Part shown: in pieces, positions 58,101 to 64,000 of the stretch
Layout: each line of letters starts with the position of its first letter
Position numbering within the stretch: position 1 is the stretch's first letter
Assembly (NCBI GenBank): GCA_038042445.1
Contig: JBBTED010000027.1
Location: 32,001 to 96,000, forward strand
DNA length: 64,000 bases
Reading direction: 5' to 3'
Origin: Candidatus Firestoneibacteriota bacterium
GTDB lineage: Bacteria; Oederibacteriota; D2-FULL-39-29; JBBTED01
Translations under genes and position numbers: made by a program
The notes under the pieces: model-generated
Databases searched by the model: none
The model's input: the letters and a program-made list of their open reading frames with translations, nothing else
What the model was told of the DNA's origin: nothing

Positions 58101-58910
58101 AAATCTTGGTTTGCCTGAAACAATATAATTAGGTCCTTCTATTTTTATTTCTTCAGGCATAAGAATACTTTTATCCAAATCATTAAATTCAGAAAAATAC
58201 ACATCTTCTTCTACTTTATCTTGTATATTTTTCACCTCTTGCTTGGCAGGAGAAATTTTTACATCAGTAATATAAAAACCAGATTGTGGAGTAGAACTGC
58301 CGTAAAATTGGAAAGATATACTTATAATACCTATAATTTCATCAATATTAACTTTGTCTAAATATAGCTTTATAGGAATGTTTACTTCCTGCCATGTATC
58401 AGAATCATTATCTATAGTTTTCCCATCTAAATATTCTTTTATTAGTATATATCTGGACACTTCTCCTGCTTTTGGTATCCATTTAGTATTATCACGTTTT
58501 AAAAATCCCAAAAGAACTTGTATATCTTGGCTTCCCTGAAAACGTCCTAATATATCTTTACCACCATTTATATAAAAACTCAAAATCCCATCTTCTAAAT
58601 AAGATTTTTTAATCATTATCGCATTTGAAAACTCTTTAGTATCTTTATCAGAAAAAGTTGCACCGCTCCATGGTTTACCAGTATTAGGATCTATATCTAT
58701 CTGTATAGACAAAGCTTTCCCTTCTTTTACTATTTCCATGTTTTCAGTTACAATAGTTCCCCACCATTTTGAAACTGAAATTTCCCAACCAGAAGCAAGC
58801 CCTGTTTTCCCAGAAATAATATCTATTTGTTCCTGAGCTGAGATATTCCCCACTATAAATAAAACAAAAATAACCAGCATTTTCACTGCTACTTTTATTT
58901 TTTTAATCAT
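55167..58910 (-). CDS. Large secreted GH42-like glycoside hydrolase with accessory CBM-like domains
   Basis: Signal peptide; YELFNEP, WLETKY..IEELN..WNT, trimerisation-like region, C-terminal GWTDQG module. Confidence 0.72.
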   Translation of the reverse strand: MIKKIKVAVKMLVIFVLFIVGNISAQEQIDIISGKTGLASGWEISVSKWWGTIVTENMEIVKEGKALSIQIDIDPNTGKPWSGATFSDKDTKEFSNAIMIKKSYLEDGILSFYINGGKDILGRFQGSQDIQVLLGFLKRDNTKWIPKAGEVSRYILIKEYLDGKTIDNDSDTWQEVNIPIKLYLDKVNIDEIIGIISISFQFYGSSTPQSGFYITDVKISPAKQEVKNIQDKVEEDVYFSEFNDLDKSILMPEEIKIEGPNYIVSGKPRFLIGTELAEGDFNTATSEKITTPGYAQKYKWIYEKIMGYEEAQKLGFDTLGFFSSNGWVQEKYSSNIRTLDDKSNESRHDRFIKEIKLPIYVDFTMFPWAGGQLANTKLIPEKAKSDPNLKQHWLLFDPDNEDGMKLYKTYWAYGTKKVVENDGNPLFYELFNEPSYFCECDENRKNFAVWLETKYKNIEELNKIWNTKYSSYEEVAQFKSKIGNIGLYVDYAKFLEDRFVQINKEGIETIKAIDTRKNVQITCQPMGNVAADPHTSSYNYYKLNKIFNTIQAPTSAGGKGYGIGSKKPTKELIDTSIQNLEAVKSSITMSILRSIAPDKPIVDGEMAYPQPTREGMKNAFWNVMMRGENAGYLFVWTRRAWDWKPNTQEGGIALAKRFPYLILNPYGYPTSSLPGILDFKKEMLLVDDIVVPRPKGIKSEIAYLHSYSSRRFAYISKEPTMSEEMMNYYAALEYSHYPFDTILEEQIRDENAQKKYKVIVAGGINYVEPKVKENLDKFVQDGGILILGLDTIAYDEYGNKLENKNWAGVESAISKQSKIGEITLHFPQTNLLKGKIRGLLNRDVEVQTAEIIGSVEDKPVITMKEYGKGKIYYIGGLFRDYHLMSIIVSILEKEKINIPVQVVDKESKLVPNVEMVLIDRGDTKAVFLWNWDLYTKLGKVIIPSDFIKDSVYVYEPLEGKLDISPSGKKQWSSKELQEGIWTILQPQNRVLIVFSKNPWNKTKLNEVMQNLIPKEYEKIAIVERNKEEKQKKDETEGEKKRNFEVNPNNCWTVDIRKWTNRDFVDRVEGDGEGGWTDQGRQNSLEEMDYGIQTLLNVPYDIIRPDFNRDTSCIVMSSKSMKGGIEKVEGISVNKQAKRLFFLHVSAWTGGQRESSHKYIIHYSDKTKIEQDIYSDSMNPENAQIADWWNPKDLNDKVRVGWKNSKDRGLYIYEWRNPNPEKIVETIDIISFNTQLVPIILAITGEKL

Positions 58911-59133
58911 ATAGCTCCCTAATTATTAACAATGGTAATAATTTTCTGTTTATTATTTGTATTGTAATAGATTAGCTATTTAAAGTAAATTCTTAATTAC
59001 CTACAGCGCACAATTCAGACAGTAGACTACAGACTAAAATCTATTAGTCTAATGTCTATCGTCTTAAGTCTATTTTTACTTTATCACTGATATTTTGCCT
59101 AATATAAGTATGCTATATTTATGGAAATTAGCA

Positions 59134-59211
59134 AGGCAATGAACTTGCTATTTAGGGGTGTATTTTGCTAATAAGTGGACTATTTTGCTATACAGGTGGA
59201 CAATCTTGCTA
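59134..59211 (-). promoter_or_regulatory. Four phased direct repeats, putative AraC-family operator array
   Basis: TAGCAA (ttgcta on plus) at 59145, 59165, 59185, 59206; spacing 20, 20, 21 bp. Confidence 0.7.
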
Positions 59212-59297
59212 TTTAGTTTGATGAAAACTATTTAAAATAGTTTAGCCGTTGTAAAAACCGTTAAAAAAGATAATCAAAATAGCTATATAATGTTTAT

Positions 59298-59346
59298 GTA
59301 GTTGCCGATTCATCGGCAAAAAATCAGCTGATAAATCAGCAACTAC
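59298..59346. repeat. GTAG REP doublet
   Basis: gtagttgccgattcatcggc..gctgataaatcagcaactac. Confidence 0.8.
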
Positions 59347-59383
59347 AAATTAAAATATATTTAAAATACAAATACTTAAAAAT

Positions 59384-60967
59384 TTAACTTATAACGGCTA
59401 AGCTATTACAACTATTTTTATAGTGCTCCGGAGTAGTTCCTGTTAAACGTTTGAATATTCTGGCAAAATATTTAGGATCAGTAATACCACTTTCATAAGC
59501 GACTTTTTTTACACTCACATTTGGATATTGTTTTAATAATCTAATAGCATTTTTAAGCCTAATATCCTGCAAATACTTTATCGCACTTTGTCCTGTTTCT
59601 TTTTTGAAGATATGCGCAAAATGTGTATGACTTAATCCTACATATTCTGAAATTTGAGACAGAGAAATACTCTTTTCAAAATTATTTTTCATAAACTCTG
59701 TGCCCTTTTTAATAACATTAGAATATTTCCTTTCATTAATAATACTTTCTATTTCATTTTCCATATTTTTTAGTGCATCTTTAATTTTTATTTCACCACT
59801 CAAACATAAAGATACATTTTTATTGATTGCAGGATATATTTTATAATAAAAAGGAATACTTGAGAAAAATCTACCATTAGAAAGCAATTTACTCGCACAA
59901 GCAGGATTGAATTTTATATAATATGGTTGAGACTGCAATGGTTCATCAAATACATATTGAAACCTTGAAAATGGCCAATTCCATTTCTTATCTAAATTTT
60001 TGCACATTTTAGGGTTTGAGAAAAAACAAAATAATTTTTTTGCTATTTCAATATATTTAGTATTCTTTGGGACTACATAACTTCCACCTCCAGCAAGTGA
60101 AAAATGGTTTTTGCCAGAAGGTCCAATAGGAGTAAGCATATATCCAAATTTATTTTTTATTTTTGATTTTTTACATTTAACAAAATTTAATATTGCATCT
60201 GTCCAATGATGAAGGAATATACCTTTGCCATACATAAAGTCATCTACAAATTTATAATTATCACGAGTTAAATAATCTTTTGGAAAAAATTTATATTTGT
60301 GAATGAGTTTATGGAAAAAATCTAAAGTTTCAGCGGATTCTTTGCTATTTATAATTAAATTTTTCTCTGTGTCAAAAATATCCCCGCCATTTGACCATAA
60401 ATATTCAATGAAATTTTCTCCTATTCTTTTCCCACCACGAAACATATAACCCCACAAGTCATTTTTTCCATTCTTTAACATTTCACTACATTGAAATATT
60501 AATTCTTCCCATGTTTTTGGACCCCCCAAAAAACCATATTTGTCCAATATATCCTTTCTGTAAAATAATGTTCCAAATGCTATATTTTTAGGTATACCAT
60601 AAATATGTCCATTAAATATATTGTCTGACACTTGAACTAAATTTTCATTAATTTTTTCGGCTATGGTTTGTCTTTTTTCACCAAACCATATTTTTTTAGG
60701 TAATAATTCATCAAGAGGCATAAGAAACCCTTTTTCTGCTAATTCTTGTATACAAAAATGCATATGCGCAAGTGATATAAAACAAATATTTGTTGATGGC
60801 TTTTTAAATTCATTTACAAGTTCGTTGCCAAAAACTTCTGTTGGAGGTGTAATATAAGCAATTTTACATTTAGGAAAGAATTTTTTAACTTCTATATTTA
60901 ATTCAATTGGATATTTGCTTGTCCCATAAGGAAATCCATAATCTGCTACAATAGGTTTATCTTTCAT
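59384..60967 (-). CDS. Sugar-binding-protein (SBP family 1) + AraC HTH fusion regulator
   Basis: LFYRKDIL, PKTWEEL SBP motifs without signal peptide; C-terminal AraC HTH. Confidence 0.85.
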   Translation of the reverse strand: MKDKPIVADYGFPYGTSKYPIELNIEVKKFFPKCKIAYITPPTEVFGNELVNEFKKPSTNICFISLAHMHFCIQELAEKGFLMPLDELLPKKIWFGEKRQTIAEKINENLVQVSDNIFNGHIYGIPKNIAFGTLFYRKDILDKYGFLGGPKTWEELIFQCSEMLKNGKNDLWGYMFRGGKRIGENFIEYLWSNGGDIFDTEKNLIINSKESAETLDFFHKLIHKYKFFPKDYLTRDNYKFVDDFMYGKGIFLHHWTDAILNFVKCKKSKIKNKFGYMLTPIGPSGKNHFSLAGGGSYVVPKNTKYIEIAKKLFCFFSNPKMCKNLDKKWNWPFSRFQYVFDEPLQSQPYYIKFNPACASKLLSNGRFFSSIPFYYKIYPAINKNVSLCLSGEIKIKDALKNMENEIESIINERKYSNVIKKGTEFMKNNFEKSISLSQISEYVGLSHTHFAHIFKKETGQSAIKYLQDIRLKNAIRLLKQYPNVSVKKVAYESGITDPKYFARIFKRLTGTTPEHYKNSCNSLAVIS

Positions 60968-60973
60968 TGTTGT

Positions 60974-61579
60974 TTAAACTAAATGGCGGCCTTCAAGTGC
61001 GCGAACAAGTGTAACAGAATCTGCATATTCTATATCTGCACCTGCTGGCAAACCTGAAGCAATTCTGCTGGTTTTTATGTTTAGTGGTTTGATTAATTTA
61101 GATAAATATAGTGCAGTTGCTTCACCTTCTACACCTGCATTTGTTGCCAAAATTACTTCTTTGACATTATTAGATTTCAGACGAGAAATTAAATTGGTTA
61201 TTTTTAACTCATCAGGACCTATGCCGTCTAATGGAGAAAGCGCACCCATTAAAACATAATAGACTCCATTGTAACTGTAAGTTTTTTCAATAGCAATCAC
61301 ATCAATTGGATTATGCACAACGCATATAACAGAACTATCTCTTTTTAAATCAGAACAAACTCCACACAATTCCTGTTCTGCAAAATTATTGCAAGACTTA
61401 CAATAGCCGATTTTAGCTTTTGCCTCAGTGATTGCTGTGGTCAAATTTTTCGCTTCTTCTGAATTTGATTTTAAAATATAAAATGCCAATCTCTGCGCGG
61501 TTTTAGGACCAACACCAGGCAATTTCTCTAATTCTTGAATTAATTTTTCTAAAGATTCAGCGAACAATCCTACCCCCAA
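60974..61579 (-). CDS. recR: Recombination mediator RecR
   Basis: LPGVGPKTAQRLA, C4 zinc finger, EGEATA; exact start uncertain. Confidence 0.95.
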   Translation of the reverse strand: MGVGLFAESLEKLIQELEKLPGVGPKTAQRLAFYILKSNSEEAKNLTTAITEAKAKIGYCKSCNNFAEQELCGVCSDLKRDSSVICVVHNPIDVIAIEKTYSYNGVYYVLMGALSPLDGIGPDELKITNLISRLKSNNVKEVILATNAGVEGEATALYLSKLIKPLNIKTSRIASGLPAGADIEYADSVTLVRALEGRHLV

Positions 61580-63413
61580 AAATATTTTTTGCAGATTTTA
61601 ATATTTGTGGATTATCAGTAGCTATTTTTGATTCACCTGATTTAACTGTATTAGTAGAAACACCATTTTCTTCAGTCATGGTTTCCTCCACAACTGGACT
61701 TACGCTTTCGGTCATTCGCTCAGGAGAACTCCTTTCAGTCGAACCTATATCATTCCCTTCGGTCTCACTTCCAGTATTCCTTTCAGTCTCAGAAATATGT
61801 GTTTTTTTAACAACAAATTTTAATCTTACTTTAGTATGCATTTCATTTTCAAACACTACTTCAACTATTTTTTTATTTTCTGGTCTTTCCAAACTTCCTT
61901 TATTAAAATCATTTACAACCTCAATCATTATTGTATCATTTTCATATTTAGCAGGTTGGGCATTTATAAGAAGTGAATGTATCCGTTTATTTTCCTGCCC
62001 TATTTTTTCCAGAACAAACTGCCACATTTTTTTTATTTTTTGAATATCCAATTTGGTGTCTTTTGAATTTGGGACCTCTTCAATTTCATTTACACTTAAT
62101 ATTTTTTCAGCGTTATCCTGAGTATTCACTTCCAGTATTCCTTTCAGTCTCACCTGCACGTTTTTGGTTACACCATTCCCTTTGGTCTCAGAAACTTCAA
62201 CAGGAACTTTTTTCTCTGATGTTTTATTTGTACTTCCAGTATTCCTTTCAGTCATGGTTCCACCATTCTCTTTGGTTGCCGAGCCAATATACTTATCTTC
62301 ACTATACCGCTCGCTTTGCTCGGGTATAGGGCTTGCCGTTTTTATAAGTCTTATAACAGCAATTTCCACTAATAACCTCTGTTGATCTGAACGTTTTAAT
62401 TTTCCATCAAGATCTGACAAAATGCTTATTTTCTCCATTATATCTTGTATTGAAAACTTATCTGCATGCTGTTTGATTGTAGGTAAAAGTGATGTTTCAA
62501 TATCTACTATTTCTTCCATTTTTATTTTGCACATTAATAAATCTCGTGCATATTGAAGCCAATCTTTTACAAATCTTGGTATATTGCAACCTTTTTTAAC
62601 AAGTTCATCTACTAATTTCAAACCAGCTCTTGTATCCTGATTATACATTGCTGTATCAAATTTTATAAACTCTTCTATATCAACTATTCCTAAAGCAGAT
62701 GTTACATCTTTATATTTGATTTCATTCTCTGTAAAACTTATGAGCTGGTCAAAAATACTCTGAGCATCTCTTAGTGAACCATCAACTGCTCTTGCAATAT
62801 ATGCCAAAGCTTCTTTTTCCACTTTGATATTCTCGCCTTTTGCAATTTGATTTAAATTATCAATTATCTCCTGAACAGTCATTCGCTTAAAATAAAATTT
62901 TTGGCATCGCGACTGAATTGTAAGTGGAATTTTATTTGCTTCTGTTGTAGCCAGTATAAAAATAACATGAGCAGGCGGCTCTTCTAAAGTTTTAAGCAAA
63001 GCATTAAATGCCGGCTCTGTCAACATATGCACTTCATCTATTATGTATACCTTATAAGAACATCTGGTAGGTGTAAACCGCACATTTTCCCGTAATTCTC
63101 TTATTTCATCTATTCCACGGTTAGATGCTGCATCCATTTCTATGATATCAAGTGATGCTCCTGAAGAAATTTCTTTGCATATTGAACATTCATTGCAAGG
63201 TTCAGCATTAGCACCTTTTTCACAATTAATTGCTTTTGCTAAAATTCTGGCAGTAGTAGTTTTTCCAACTCCACGTGGTCCGGCAAATAAATAGGCATGA
63301 GCTATTCTTTTGGAAATAACTGCATTTTTTAGAGTTGTAGTTATATGTTCCTGACCAACTATATCACTAAAAGATTTAGGTCTATATTTTCTGGCAAAAA
63401 CTATATAGGACAT
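61557..63413 (-). CDS. dnaX: DNA polymerase III subunit gamma/tau
   Basis: ARKYRP, GPRGVGKTT, DEVHML, SRC. Confidence 0.96.
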   Translation of the reverse strand: MSYIVFARKYRPKSFSDIVGQEHITTTLKNAVISKRIAHAYLFAGPRGVGKTTTARILAKAINCEKGANAEPCNECSICKEISSGASLDIIEMDAASNRGIDEIRELRENVRFTPTRCSYKVYIIDEVHMLTEPAFNALLKTLEEPPAHVIFILATTEANKIPLTIQSRCQKFYFKRMTVQEIIDNLNQIAKGENIKVEKEALAYIARAVDGSLRDAQSIFDQLISFTENEIKYKDVTSALGIVDIEEFIKFDTAMYNQDTRAGLKLVDELVKKGCNIPRFVKDWLQYARDLLMCKIKMEEIVDIETSLLPTIKQHADKFSIQDIMEKISILSDLDGKLKRSDQQRLLVEIAVIRLIKTASPIPEQSERYSEDKYIGSATKENGGTMTERNTGSTNKTSEKKVPVEVSETKGNGVTKNVQVRLKGILEVNTQDNAEKILSVNEIEEVPNSKDTKLDIQKIKKMWQFVLEKIGQENKRIHSLLINAQPAKYENDTIMIEVVNDFNKGSLERPENKKIVEVVFENEMHTKVRLKFVVKKTHISETERNTGSETEGNDIGSTERSSPERMTESVSPVVEETMTEENGVSTNTVKSGESKIATDNPQILKSAKNIFGGRIVR

Positions 63414-63958
63414 TAGACGAACCCAATTTTTTCTTGGTCTTTCAGATATTTTTTCCTGTTCTGGTTAAATATAAATCTATTGAGTTTTATCTGGTCATTT
63501 CCAAGATTCATAAAAGTCACACCAAAACAATAATATCTGTCAGATAATTTTTCTGCTCGGACTATACTTCCCTGGATATTTTCAAATTTTTCCTCGCCTT
63601 GAATTTGAAAATCCAAAAATACCTGAGTTTTAATATCCAATTCTTTATCTACAACTACTGCAGCACCCATAGAACTTATATTAATAAGAACACCATTAAA
63701 AACAACCTCTTCTGAATTTCGTGTATTGATATCAACACCTGCAAGAACATTAATCCTCTGATAAATTCTTTTTTCAGGGCTGTATTCATAAACTTTCTGC
63801 AGTAGAGCTGCTATACCTTTTTCTATTAATTCCTCTGCGCAATCTTCACAATAATCCATTTTTAAAATTTTGATATGGCATGCGGTACAAATTGGATTAT
63901 TGCAAATAGTACATTCTGCAATAGCTTCTTTATCTATATGTCTAAAACAATTTGTCAT
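63413..63958 (-). CDS. B-box-like zinc finger + PilZ domain protein
   Basis: CFRH..C..C..PIC..C..YC..C; RIYQR and NISSMG PilZ motifs. Confidence 0.75.
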   Translation of the reverse strand: MTNCFRHIDKEAIAECTICNNPICTACHIKILKMDYCEDCAEELIEKGIAALLQKVYEYSPEKRIYQRINVLAGVDINTRNSEEVVFNGVLINISSMGAAVVVDKELDIKTQVFLDFQIQGEEKFENIQGSIVRAEKLSDRYYCFGVTFMNLGNDQIKLNRFIFNQNRKKYLKDQEKIGFV

Positions 63959-63972
63959 AAATATTATTGCTT

Positions 63973-64000
63973 TGGTGGAGATGAGCGGAATCGAACCGCC
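63973..64000 (-). tRNA. 3' end of tRNA-Ala or tmRNA (cut by window edge)
   Basis: GGCGG-TTCGATT-CCGCT T arm then CATCTCC-A-CCA; U70 fits Ala identity. Confidence 0.75.

Noticed and set aside
59134..59211. Periodic repeats as a CRISPR array
   Set aside because: 20-21 bp period with a 6-bp core, no unique spacers, no cas genes; fits an operator array
63973..64000. tRNA/tmRNA end as an island attachment site
   Set aside because: No duplicate of the 3' end and no integrase seen in the window
1..64000. Taxonomic assignment and the remaining short antisense ORFs in the track
   Set aside because: No rRNA or decisive marker readable by eye; the short ORFs overlap well-supported genes and lack motifs

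Overview
An AT-rich chromosomal window from an anaerobic, probably diderm bacterium; most genes are on the minus strand. In order it holds: a type II toxin-antitoxin pair; a roughly 20 kb anaerobic respiration island (Moco genes under a P3-less Moco/Tuco riboswitch, a Tat-exported Psr/Phs/Srr-type molybdoenzyme with Fe-S subunit, chaperone, porin and an AioX-like X-S-R sensing system, two tatA copies, three multiheme cytochromes with about 45 heme motifs); an incomplete type II PKS-like cluster coupled to a 7TM histidine kinase; ftsEX-envC-ctpA; sugar catabolism genes around rarA/ygfA and a 6S RNA; a mercury methylation operon (hgcC, MerT-like gene, hgcA, hgcB, TusA-DsrE, CMD) divergent from an iscS-iscU-DsrE-tusA operon; a polysaccharide locus with an AraC-type operator array; recR-dnaX; and the 3' end of a tRNA-Ala or tmRNA. 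Intergenic regions carry many REP-like palindromes and several MITEs, three of them with clear 8-bp target duplications. All calls come from motif recognition by eye; no database searches were run.
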